DNA of 64,000 nucleotides from Gemmatimonadales bacterium (GCA_038321865.1 JBBQFH010000005.1:32001-96000), one strand, 5' to 3'; numbered from the stretch's first letter, positions 10,071 to 18,580 are shown. Numbers and translations are program-made. Notes: generated by a model from the sequence alone, not told the origin.

Positions 10071-10526
10071 ATGATCCGGATACTCTGCGCGATGAGTGTG
10101 GCAATCCTGGCCGTGACACCGGTCGGCGCATCCGACAAGACGGACGTGATGGCCACCGTGCATCAGTTCGTGGACAGCTTCAACAAGGGTGACACGAAAA
10201 CCGCCGCGGCCGCCTGCGCCGATCAGACATCCATCATCGACGAGTTTCCGCCCCATGAGTGGCACGGAAGCGGGGCGTGCCTCCGGTGGATGGCTGACTA
10301 CGATGCCGACGCCGCAAAAAATGGGATCACCGGGGGAGTCGTCACCCTCGGCACCCCGCGGCACATCGATATCATGGCGGATCGCGCCTACGTCGTCATT
10401 CCCTCGAACTACGCCTTTCAGAGGAAGGGGAAGCCGGTGAAGGAGATCGGCTCGATGTTTACGTTCGCCCTCGCGAAGGGCGCAACCGGCTGGCGCATCA
10501 CCGGCTGGGCGTGGGCCAAGCGGTAA
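10071..10526 (+). CDS. Secreted NTF2-like (SnoaL-like) protein
   Basis: GGAG RBS; signal peptide; 'FVDSFNKGD', 'IIDEFPPHEW', 'GWRITGWAW'. Confidence 0.75.
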   Translation: MIRILCAMSVAILAVTPVGASDKTDVMATVHQFVDSFNKGDTKTAAAACADQTSIIDEFPPHEWHGSGACLRWMADYDADAAKNGITGGVVTLGTPRHIDIMADRAYVVIPSNYAFQRKGKPVKEIGSMFTFALAKGATGWRITGWAWAKR

Positions 10527-10557
10527 TGACTGATCTGACATCTTCCGGAGCGATCCC

Positions 10558-11304
10558 ATGCGCAAGCTGATCCTCTCCTGCATCCTGGTCGCCGTTCCCG
10601 CCGCGGCCGTCGCGCAGGTCGCCGGCCATTTTCCACCGGACTCGCTGGTCAACACCAAGGTGATCGCGCACAACACACCGGTCATCCAGGTGGTGGGCAT
10701 GATGCGGAACTTCGCCGGCGGGCTGGGCGTCCGCTGCCCGTACTGCCACGTCGGCGAGGAGGGCCGGCCGCTAGAGACCTTCGATTTCCCCAGCGACCAG
10801 AAGCGCACCAAGCTCGTCGCCCGGCAGATGATGCTGATGGTCCAGGAGATCAACCGTCGGGTGGACACCCTGCCCGGCCGCACGAATCCCGGACTCCAGG
10901 TCACCTGCGCGACGTGCCACCACGGCGCCAGCCGCCCGGTGCCGCTCGGCATGCTCATCGCCGATGCCGCGACGGCCGGTGGTGCCGATTCCGCCGTCAG
11001 GACCTACCGCGCGCTACGCGAGCGGTATTACGGTCGCGACACCTACGACTTCAGTGAGAACTCGCTCAACACCGCCGCCTTCCGCCTGGCGCGCGCGAAC
11101 AAGTACGACGAGGCGTTCGCGCTCCTTCGGCTGAACGAGGAGTTCTATCCCACGTCGTCCGGCATGTACGTCTTCCGCGGCAATATCGAGCTCCTCAAGG
11201 GCGACACCACCGCCGCGGCGAAGGCGTTCGGTGAGGCGGTGCTGCGCGACCCGAAGAACCAGGAGGCGCAGGGGCGGCTGCGGGACATCGGCCGGAAGCC
11301 ATAA
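10558..11304 (+). CDS. Periplasmic di-heme c-type cytochrome with C-terminal TPR repeats
   Basis: Signal peptide; CPYCH and CATCH; C-terminal TPR-like helices ('LLRLNEEFYP', 'AVLRDPKN'). Confidence 0.8.
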   Translation: MRKLILSCILVAVPAAAVAQVAGHFPPDSLVNTKVIAHNTPVIQVVGMMRNFAGGLGVRCPYCHVGEEGRPLETFDFPSDQKRTKLVARQMMLMVQEINRRVDTLPGRTNPGLQVTCATCHHGASRPVPLGMLIADAATAGGADSAVRTYRALRERYYGRDTYDFSENSLNTAAFRLARANKYDEAFALLRLNEEFYPTSSGMYVFRGNIELLKGDTTAAAKAFGEAVLRDPKNQEAQGRLRDIGRKP

Positions 11305-11320
11305 TTAGCCAGCCGAACTT

Positions 11321-11368
11321 GGCGATATGTCTGCTATGCTTGACATATTGCCTGCTGAAGAGTACATT
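11321..11368 (+). promoter_or_regulatory. Sigma70-type promoter overlapped by an inverted-repeat operator upstream of the XRE regulator
   Basis: TTGACA (11340-11345)-17 nt-TACATT (11363-11368); IR GGCGATATGTC-N10-GACATATTGCC (11321-11352, 10/11 match). Confidence 0.7.
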
Positions 11369-11395
11369 GCTTCTGCACCCCAATAAGGCGGGCGA

Positions 11396-11614
11396 GTGGA
11401 CACACCCCGGTTACGAAACCGACTTCGCGTGGCGCGCGCCGAGCTGAGGATCTCGCAGGAGCAGGCCGCCGTCCTCGCCGGGGTCACCCGGCAGACGATC
11501 AGTTCGATCGAGACCGAGCAGTACACCCCATCGGCTCTGCTGGCATTCGTCCTGGCGCACCGATTGGGGAAGCCGGTCGGCGAACTCTTCTTCCTGGAAG
11601 GAACCGCATCATGA
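11396..11614 (+). CDS. XRE/Cro-family HTH transcriptional regulator
   Basis: 'LRNRLRVARAELRISQEQAAVLAGVTRQTISSIETEQYTPS'. Confidence 0.92.
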   Translation: MDTPRLRNRLRVARAELRISQEQAAVLAGVTRQTISSIETEQYTPSALLAFVLAHRLGKPVGELFFLEGTAS

Positions 11615-11904
11615 CATCCGCAGCCGTGGAGCGCGACGAACGGACCGTCGCCCTGGAGAACTCGGGCTACCGCTGGTCCTACCTGGTGCTGTCGTTCGGT
11701 CTGCTGCTGAGCGTCGCGTACCGGAGCTTCGCACGCGGTGAGACATCGTGGGACCTGTTCGCGTTGGTGCTGGTGGGAGGCGCCGTGAACGCGGTGTACC
11801 AGGCCACGCACCACGTGCTGTACCGGCGCTGGGCGGTGTTGTCCACGCTGGCGATACTGGTCGGAGCGGCACTGGCCGCGATGCTCGTCGTGTTTCGGCA
11901 CTAG
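11611..11904 (+). CDS. Small 3-TM membrane protein ('DER' motif), typical partner of XRE genes
   Basis: ATGA overlap with XRE gene; 'ERDERT' followed by hydrophobic helices. Confidence 0.7.
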   Translation: MTSAAVERDERTVALENSGYRWSYLVLSFGLLLSVAYRSFARGETSWDLFALVLVGGAVNAVYQATHHVLYRRWAVLSTLAILVGAALAAMLVVFRH

Positions 11905-11939
11905 GGCCAGGCCATCATCGCTCTTCGCGAAACGCTGCG

Positions 11940-12743
11940 ATGATCATCGGACTGGCGTCGCCGGGCGTGGCGGCCAGTCTGGAGGACGGCCTCGGGCGTA
12001 TCGACCGGCTTCTGGCGGATGCATCGGGCCGGGGCGCCGAGATCGTGTGCTTCCCCGAGGCGTACCTCCCGGGACTGAGGGGTCAGGACTTCGACGTGCC
12101 GCCGTTCGGCGAGGCGCAGCAGGAGGAGACGCTCCAGGCCGTCGGCGACCTGGTTCGACGGCACGGAGTCACCACGATTCTCGGCATGGAACGCGTGACG
12201 CCGGCCGGCCGCCAGATCGCCGCCTTCGTCATCGATCATCGCGGCCGGCTGCAGGGCTTTCAGACCAAGAACCAGCTCGATCCCACCGAAGACCGCCATT
12301 ACATCCCTGGACACACTCGCCGGCTCTTCGAGGCCGGCGGCGTGAAATTCGGCATCGTGATCTGCCACGAGGGGTGGCGATATCCGGAGACGGTCCGCTG
12401 GGCGGCGGTTCGTGGCGCCAGGATCGTCTTCCACCCGCACCATGCGGGAAGCGACCGAACCGGGGCGCGCCCCCAAAGCTGGGGCGCCGCGGGCGGTGCC
12501 TACTACGAGAAGGCGATGATGCTCCGGAGCATCGAGAACACCATCTATTTCGCCAGCGTCAACTACGCGCTGCGGTTTCCGGAATCGGCCACCAGTCTGA
12601 TCGAGCCGTCGGGCCAATGTGAGGCGTATCTGCCGTACGGAGAGGAAGGGGTACTGGTGCGGGAGATCGATCCCGCCCGGGCGACCGGACTACTGGCCGG
12701 CCGGTACGCGCCCGACCGCTATCAGGACGAGAGCGTCGAATAG
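11940..12743 (+). CDS. Carbon-nitrogen hydrolase (nitrilase superfamily)
   Basis: E-K-C triad contexts 'CFPE', 'QTKNQL', 'VICHE'. Confidence 0.9.
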   Translation: MIIGLASPGVAASLEDGLGRIDRLLADASGRGAEIVCFPEAYLPGLRGQDFDVPPFGEAQQEETLQAVGDLVRRHGVTTILGMERVTPAGRQIAAFVIDHRGRLQGFQTKNQLDPTEDRHYIPGHTRRLFEAGGVKFGIVICHEGWRYPETVRWAAVRGARIVFHPHHAGSDRTGARPQSWGAAGGAYYEKAMMLRSIENTIYFASVNYALRFPESATSLIEPSGQCEAYLPYGEEGVLVREIDPARATGLLAGRYAPDRYQDESVE

Positions 12744-13537
12744 CCGGCGGTCAGCGCCGGCCACTCCGCCGCATCGAACCGCAGGTGTGGGACGACACGG
12801 GCGCCGAGGGCGGCCGCGGCCGGCACCAGTCCGGCGTTGACGGCCGCCCCGCCCACCAGGATCGGTCCGGTGAAGGCGGGCGGGCGGGCGAACGCGTCGA
12901 GCAGGACGCGAAGTGCCGGAGTCTGTGAGGGCATGGAAATCGACAGGCCGACGGCTGTGCACCGCTCCGACAATGCCGCGTCGACGATGGCCTGGGGGCT
13001 GAATCCGTAACCCAGGACCGTGGTGCGCACGCCCATGCTCTCGAATCCCAGGCTCGCGAAGCGAAGCCCGAGCATGTGCATGTTTCCCGGAACCGCGGCG
13101 ATCAGGATCGTCGGTGCGTTCGGCGCCGGCGCGCTCAGCGCCGCCGCCTGAATGTGGCGCTCGATCAGATCGACCAGCGCCTCGCAGGCTTCGGTGAAGC
13201 GATGCTCTTCGCACACCGTCAGCAGGTTCGCTTCCCAGCGCCGGCCCACGGTGACCAGCTGGGGTCCGGCAAAGCCGAACAGCATGTCGAGCGGTCGGAT
13301 GCCCGCCGCAAACCCTTCGACAGCGAGCGCTTCCATCTCGAGTGGCGCGCCCTTGCGCCCCGCAGCCCAGAACCGGCGGTTGAGGTCCGCGAGATACCGC
13401 ATTCGCCGCTCCTGCTCTCCGGTCCACTGCAGGACGGAATCGCCGCAGGCATCGCAGAGCCCGTGCGATACTTCATGGGTCTCGTACGGCGAACTCTCAC
13501 CCTGGAACCGCTGACAGTACGCGCACCATTTGATCAC
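12722..13537 (-). CDS. Zinc-ribbon + CarH-type cobalamin-binding (cap + Rossmann) protein
   Basis: GTG start overlapping upstream TGA; CAYC...SHGLCDAC; W-x9-EH ('WEANLLTVCEEH'); 'NMHMLG...GLSIS...LVGG'. Confidence 0.8.
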   Translation of the reverse strand: MIKWCAYCQRFQGESSPYETHEVSHGLCDACGDSVLQWTGEQERRMRYLADLNRRFWAAGRKGAPLEMEALAVEGFAAGIRPLDMLFGFAGPQLVTVGRRWEANLLTVCEEHRFTEACEALVDLIERHIQAAALSAPAPNAPTILIAAVPGNMHMLGLRFASLGFESMGVRTTVLGYGFSPQAIVDAALSERCTAVGLSISMPSQTPALRVLLDAFARPPAFTGPILVGGAAVNAGLVPAAAALGARVVPHLRFDAAEWPALTAGYSTLSS

Positions 13538-14775
13538 GAGACACTCGCCGCTGCGTCCAGCGCGACGGACAGCTCGCGCACCGCCGCCCGCCACTCGTTG
13601 CCGAAACGGGTCTCATCGGTCAGCCACGACTCGATGGCCGCGTAGGCGCCGGGCACGCCGGCCGCCTCGTCGGCATGCGCCGAGGCCAGCAGCGGCACCG
13701 CACCATGGAGGGCGGAAAGGCGTTGGTCGAATCGGGCGTTCAGGTCTTCCACCGCCGCATCGGGCAAGTGAGCCCGCCGGCTTGCGCCCAGCTCCCCCAC
13801 CACGCGCCTGAAGCTGGCGGTCTCCCGGGTGCGCGCCGGCGCCGCGGATTCTATCTCCGTCGCCAGCTCACGCATGTGTGTCTCGAGAATCAGCGTGGGA
13901 ATGCCGCGGCTCGCCAGCACCGTGCGTAGCCACGCGATGCTTCGGGCGATGGATTCATACTGGAGCGGCATGAGGGTAAGCAACCAGCAGCTGTCGCTCG
14001 CGGTGAACCGCCGGCCGCGTTCGCCGAAGCGCCGCTCGAGGTACGGATACCGTTCCCGCGCACGGACCCCCGCACGGATCGCGATGGCGATCTCGGCCGG
14101 ATCGTCCGGCAATGCGTGCCGGCCCGCCTCGGGATTGAGCGCCGTGAGCTGCACGGTGACGTTGGCGGCGGTGAAGGGAAAAAGTGCCAGCACGATGGTC
14201 TGCAGCCCCGCGAAGGCGGCGACCGCGGCCGCCTCGATTCTGCCTCCTTCGGGGTCAGTCAGCCGGATCGCGTCGAGGTCGGTCACGAACCGCGTCCAGG
14301 CCCTGCGGGTCTCCTTGCCGTAGCAGCCGAAGTAGCGAAGGGCGTCCGGCGCCACGTCGAGCGACTTGGCAAAGAGCGACTTCAGCGCGATACCACCGTT
14401 CTGCGAACCCTCGAACACGTACAGATAGCCGAGCAGCTCGATCTCGGGTGACTGCACGAGCTGGTCGGCCATCGCGAGTGCGGCGCGGACGGCGGGATCG
14501 ATCGCCGTAAGGTGCCCTTCGGGCCGCAATGCCAGGTCTTCGATCAGGTGCGGCAGTTTTGCGAGATCGTCCCGCCAGACCCGTCCGACCCGGGGGTCCC
14601 GGGCGGTCGAGAGGCCGCGCTCGAGCACGGCATGGATGATCGCAAGACAGTGGAGATACGATTCGGCCGCGGCGGCGGGCAGCGTCCCCGCCCGCAGCGC
14701 GTCGTAGAAGGGCGTCGCCTCGATGCCGTCATGAGCGTTCGATGTCGCCGCCTGCAGGCGGGCTCTCACGGACAT
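13534..14775 (-). CDS. Biliverdin-producing heme oxygenase (BphO/HemO-like) fused to a C-terminal photoglobin/phycobiliprotein-like helical domain
   Basis: 'LQAATSNAHDGIE' (proximal His), 'GYLYVFEGSQNGG', 'YFGCYG...WTRF'; C-terminal 'RFGERGRRFTASD...WLRTVLASRGIP'; AAGGA RBS. Confidence 0.8.
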   Translation of the reverse strand: MSVRARLQAATSNAHDGIEATPFYDALRAGTLPAAAAESYLHCLAIIHAVLERGLSTARDPRVGRVWRDDLAKLPHLIEDLALRPEGHLTAIDPAVRAALAMADQLVQSPEIELLGYLYVFEGSQNGGIALKSLFAKSLDVAPDALRYFGCYGKETRRAWTRFVTDLDAIRLTDPEGGRIEAAAVAAFAGLQTIVLALFPFTAANVTVQLTALNPEAGRHALPDDPAEIAIAIRAGVRARERYPYLERRFGERGRRFTASDSCWLLTLMPLQYESIARSIAWLRTVLASRGIPTLILETHMRELATEIESAAPARTRETASFRRVVGELGASRRAHLPDAAVEDLNARFDQRLSALHGAVPLLASAHADEAAGVPGAYAAIESWLTDETRFGNEWRAAVRELSVALDAAASVS

Positions 14776-14960
14776 GCACATCCTTGATGCCGCCCGGGAC
14801 GGCGGAGATTGCGGGGCTTCGCTACCGGATGGAACATAGCGGGTGGTGGACGCGCTCGCCTTTCACGCAGTGCCAGCCGCGCGATGAACTCCTCATCCCC
14901 GGGCGCATAGCTCCGTGCAATACGAAGGAACTCGCTCCCGCTTCACACGGTCCGGTCGGG

Positions 14961-15443
14961 CTACCGGTTGAGGGCGCCCCGGATGCGGCCAAGATGGTGA
15001 TAGCTGTGGCGGACGGCGTGATCCTCGAGCACGAACTGGCTGGTGAGCGGCGCGTCGAAGTAGAGTGAGACGGGCGCTGCCCGGTCCAGCTCGGCGTCGC
15101 TCAGCGCGCGGATCGCCGCGGCCGCGGCCGCGCTGTTGGTGCGCAGCAGCGCCAGCGCCTCCTCCCTGGTCACGGCGTCGTTGTCCCGCGCGTGCCCCGC
15201 GTTCATCGCATGAACGTCGGCCATCGTCACTCCGGCCACCGGCTTGCCCGCCGCGACGGTCTGGGCCAGCTGGATTTCGAGCGGATACACGCTGGCGACA
15301 TGGTGCACGATGACGCCGATCTTGCGGCCATCGCCTGGTACCGGCGTCCGCCATTCAGCGTCTGTGAGCGTGGCGGCCAGGCTGGCGAGTGCGTGTGCGC
15401 CCTGTTCGAGACAGTCAGCCAGGGCATCGGAACGTTTGCTCAT
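14961..15443 (-). CDS. DinB superfamily protein
   Basis: 'LTDAEW', 'IVHHVA', 'RALSDAELDR', 'HAVRHSYHHL'; GGAG RBS. Confidence 0.8.
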   Translation of the reverse strand: MSKRSDALADCLEQGAHALASLAATLTDAEWRTPVPGDGRKIGVIVHHVASVYPLEIQLAQTVAAGKPVAGVTMADVHAMNAGHARDNDAVTREEALALLRTNSAAAAAAIRALSDAELDRAAPVSLYFDAPLTSQFVLEDHAVRHSYHHLGRIRGALNR

Positions 15444-15661
15444 GGTCAGTCCACTCCGTTAAGAGTCGGGGCGCGCCCTCGTGGCGCGAGAGCCAAGGTA
15501 CGATGGTGTCGCCCATTCACAAGAGACTGATCGCCCTGCACCGGAGGGTGGGGTTGTGGCGGGACCGCCCGGAACGGTACTGTAGGACGGCGGACTGCAA
15601 ACCTCTCTCGAGAAACGTGCGTGAGGGCCGAGGCCGCGTTCATCCAGGAGAATCTCGATTA

Positions 15662-16507
15662 ATGGACCCCAGCGCTTCCCCCAACGCCGCCTTCGTCGGG
15701 TCCATCCCCGAGTACTATCACCGGCACCTCGGGCCGCTCCTCTTCGCGGACTACGCGGCCGACCTCGCGGCGCGGATGCGCTTCGCCGAGGGGCGCGGGT
15801 CGGCGGTGCTGGAGCTGGCAGCCGGCACCGGCATCCTCACCCAGCAGGTGCTCGCGCGGCTGCCGGAGGGCGCCACACTGACCGCGACCGACCTGAACGC
15901 GCCGATGCTCGACGTGGCCCGGCACCGGCTCGGGACCACCGGCCGAGGGGAAGGGGTGACCTGGCAGGTGGCGGACGCCACGGCGCTTCCCTTTCCGGAT
16001 TCGGCGTTCGATGTCGTCGTCTGCCAGTTCGGCGTCATGTTTTTCCCCGACAAGCCACGCGCGGCCGGCGAGGCGTTCCGCGTGCTTCGGCCCGGCGGCC
16101 AATGGCTGCTGAACGTCTGGGGCTCGTGGGACGAGAACCCCTTCGCGCGCATCGTGCATGAGACGATCGCCCGTTTCTTTCCCGACGATCCGCCCGGGTT
16201 TTACCGGGTGCCGTTCGGCTTTTCCGATCCCGCCGGGCTCGAGGCGATGACCAAGGGGGCGGGGTTCGCGCGCCTGGAGCTGGTGACGCTGGACCGCCTC
16301 GTCGAAGCGCCGTCGGCCGCCGACGCCGCGCTGGGCCTGGTGCTCGGCAATCCCGTGATCACGGCAATCGAGGAGCGTGCCACCGCCAATTCGCCGGAAA
16401 TCGTGTGGGCGGTCGCGGAGGCGCTGGCGCGCGCCTTCGGCGATCACCCGCTGCGATTGCCGACCAGGGTCCGGGTCATGTCCGCCACGCGGCCGCAGCA
16501 TGGCTGA
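15662..16507 (+). CDS. Class I SAM-dependent methyltransferase
   Basis: 'VLELAAGTG', 'ADATALPF', 'FRVLRPGG'. Confidence 0.9.
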   Translation: MDPSASPNAAFVGSIPEYYHRHLGPLLFADYAADLAARMRFAEGRGSAVLELAAGTGILTQQVLARLPEGATLTATDLNAPMLDVARHRLGTTGRGEGVTWQVADATALPFPDSAFDVVVCQFGVMFFPDKPRAAGEAFRVLRPGGQWLLNVWGSWDENPFARIVHETIARFFPDDPPGFYRVPFGFSDPAGLEAMTKGAGFARLELVTLDRLVEAPSAADAALGLVLGNPVITAIEERATANSPEIVWAVAEALARAFGDHPLRLPTRVRVMSATRPQHG

Positions 16508-17669
16508 CGCGCCGGCCGCGCGGACGCGCCTCGAAGCGGTCGACGTCGTCCGCGGCGTCATCATGATCATCATGGCGCTCGATCACACACGGGATTACTT
16601 CGGTATTCCGGGCCAGAATCCCACCAATCTCGCCACCGCTTCCGCGGCGCTGTTCCTCACGCGCTGGATCACCTTTTTCTGCGCGCCCGTCTTCTTTCTG
16701 CTGACCGGCACCGGCGCCTATCTGGCGCTGCGGCGGAAGACGCGGGCCGAGCTGTCCCGATTTCTGGTGACGCGCGGACTCTGGCTGATCGTCGTCGAGC
16801 TGGTGCTGATGCGGTGTCTCGCCTACCAGTTCAACTTCGACTATCGCGTCACCATGCTGCTCGTCCTCTGGGCGCTCGGCTGGGCGATGATCGCGCTTTC
16901 GGCGCTCATGTGGCTGCCCGCGTCCATCGTCACCACGATCGGCGTGGTGCTGATGGCCGGGCACAACCTCCTGGACTCCATCCGGTCCACCAATCCGCTC
17001 TGGGCCATTCTGCATCAGCCGGGCTTCGTGCTCAACACGCCGGCGCACGTCGTGTTCGCCGCGTACCCGCTGATTCCGTGGATCGGCGTCACCGCAGTGG
17101 GCTATGGCCTGGGACAGGTATACCGGTGGGATCAGGCGCGCCGCAGGACGCTGCTCCTCCGCCTGGGCATCGCGCTGACGGTCGCGTTCTTCGTGGTGCG
17201 CGGCATCAACGTCTACGGCGACCCGTCCCGCTGGGCCGCGCAGAAGACGTCCCTGTTCACCGTGCTGTCGTTCCTGAACGTCACCAAGTATCCGCCCTCG
17301 CTGTCGTTCCTGCTGATGACGCTGGGGCCGGCGCTGATCTTCCTTTGGGCGGTGGACCGGCGGGTACCGCCAGCGCTGCGCCCGGCGGTCGTGATCGGTC
17401 GGGTGCCGATGTTCTACTACATGATCCACTTCGCGCTGATCCACCTGCTTGCGGTCATCGTCTGCCATGCGCGCTACGGCTCGGCCCACTGGATGTTCCA
17501 GTCACCCGATCTGGGTAACTACCCGTTCACCCCGCCGCCGGGATGGGGCTGGTCACTGCCGGTGGTCTATCTGGTCTGGGCACTCGTGGTGACGGCGATG
17601 TACCCGCTGTGCCGGTGGTTCGCGGGTGTCAAGCAGCGGCGGAGCGACGCCTGGCTGAGCTACCTGTAA
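16500..17669 (+). CDS. DUF1624 / HGSNAT-like membrane acyltransferase
   Basis: 'DVVRGVIMIIMALDHTRD', 'KYPPSL'; many TM helices. Confidence 0.85.
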   Translation: MADAPAARTRLEAVDVVRGVIMIIMALDHTRDYFGIPGQNPTNLATASAALFLTRWITFFCAPVFFLLTGTGAYLALRRKTRAELSRFLVTRGLWLIVVELVLMRCLAYQFNFDYRVTMLLVLWALGWAMIALSALMWLPASIVTTIGVVLMAGHNLLDSIRSTNPLWAILHQPGFVLNTPAHVVFAAYPLIPWIGVTAVGYGLGQVYRWDQARRRTLLLRLGIALTVAFFVVRGINVYGDPSRWAAQKTSLFTVLSFLNVTKYPPSLSFLLMTLGPALIFLWAVDRRVPPALRPAVVIGRVPMFYYMIHFALIHLLAVIVCHARYGSAHWMFQSPDLGNYPFTPPPGWGWSLPVVYLVWALVVTAMYPLCRWFAGVKQRRSDAWLSYL

Positions 17670-17697
17670 TCGTCCTTCCCGCACCATCGGAGCCGGT

Positions 17698-17970
17698 ATG
17701 GAACCCACGACCGCATTCGTGCTCGGCGCGCTGATCGCGTCGGTGAAGGGGATCGGACTGGTCGCCATCGGGGCCGGCATCGCCTGGTGGCGCGCCCGGC
17801 GCCGGGTTCGCGAGCTGGAAGCGCAGCTGGCGGCCGCCGCCCTGCCGGACGGCGGCGATCTTGCCCGGCTCGAGCAGGGTATCGACTATCTCGGCGGCCG
17901 GATGAATACACTGGCCGAGCAGCAGCAGACCCTCCTCCGACGCCTTTCCCCCGGCGGCGAGGGTCCATGA
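17698..17970 (+). CDS. Small single-TM coiled-coil hypothetical protein
   Basis: Hydrophobic N-terminus followed by 'LARLEQGIDYL...LAEQQ' coiled coil. Confidence 0.6.
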   Translation: MEPTTAFVLGALIASVKGIGLVAIGAGIAWWRARRRVRELEAQLAAAALPDGGDLARLEQGIDYLGGRMNTLAEQQQTLLRRLSPGGEGP

Positions 17971-18072
17971 GAACGGCGATTCAGTTGCCCCCGCCCATTC
18001 CAGGGCGTACGTTATCGGCGCCCTTCCGTTCCTGATCCGTCTCTGCCACTCTCCGTAACCTGGGAGCACGAC

Positions 18073-18552
18073 ATGCGTAGCCTCGCAGTGTGCTGTGCCG
18101 TGGTCGTCACTGCTGCGTGCGCCAAAGGCGAGCAGAAACCCACCATGGATTCGACGGCGACCGCACCGGTCACGGCGGCTCCCGCCCCGCCGGCCCCGGC
18201 GCCGGTCTCGCTCGCCAGCGTCGCCGGCACCTGGAACATGCGGACGATGGCGGCCGGCAGCGACAGCGTGCTGGTGAGCTACCAGATGGTCGCGACAGCC
18301 GACACCACGGGCTGGGCCTTCCACTTCCCCAAGCGCGCGCCGGTCGCCATTCGCATCCTGTCCGTCGCGGGCGACAGCATCGTCACCGAGTCCGGCCCCT
18401 ACCAGAGCGTGCTGCGCAACGGCGCCAAGGTGACAACCAACAGCGTGATGCGCCTGCAGGACGGCAAGCTGATCGGCAGCACGGTCGCCCATTACACCAG
18501 CGGCCCCGATACGGTGCGGAACCTCCGGACCGAAGGCACGCGCGCGCCGTAA
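18073..18552 (+). CDS. Hypothetical beta-barrel lipoprotein (paralog of 36354-36848)
   Basis: TAAC lipobox, Pro/Ala linker, 'AGTW', 'GDS..E.GPY.S.LR', 'VAHY', 'RTEG'. Confidence 0.7.
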   Translation: MRSLAVCCAVVVTAACAKGEQKPTMDSTATAPVTAAPAPPAPAPVSLASVAGTWNMRTMAAGSDSVLVSYQMVATADTTGWAFHFPKRAPVAIRILSVAGDSIVTESGPYQSVLRNGAKVTTNSVMRLQDGKLIGSTVAHYTSGPDTVRNLRTEGTRAP

Positions 18553-18580
18553 GCGGGACTGGATACGCGGGAGGCCACTC

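Noticed and set aside
10558..11304. Photosynthetic reaction-centre cytochrome (pufC) as evidence of phototrophy
   Set aside because: Only two hemes, TPR-fused, and no puf/bch/crt genes in the window.
14782..14960. Cobalamin riboswitch or small ORF upstream of the HO-B12 operon
   Set aside because: No B12-box or other conserved riboswitch elements visible; the open frame there lacks a credible start.
15444..15661. Possible AraC C-terminal remnant ('ARFSRE...PPSY') on the minus strand upstream of dinB
   Set aside because: Resemblance is too short and weak to support.
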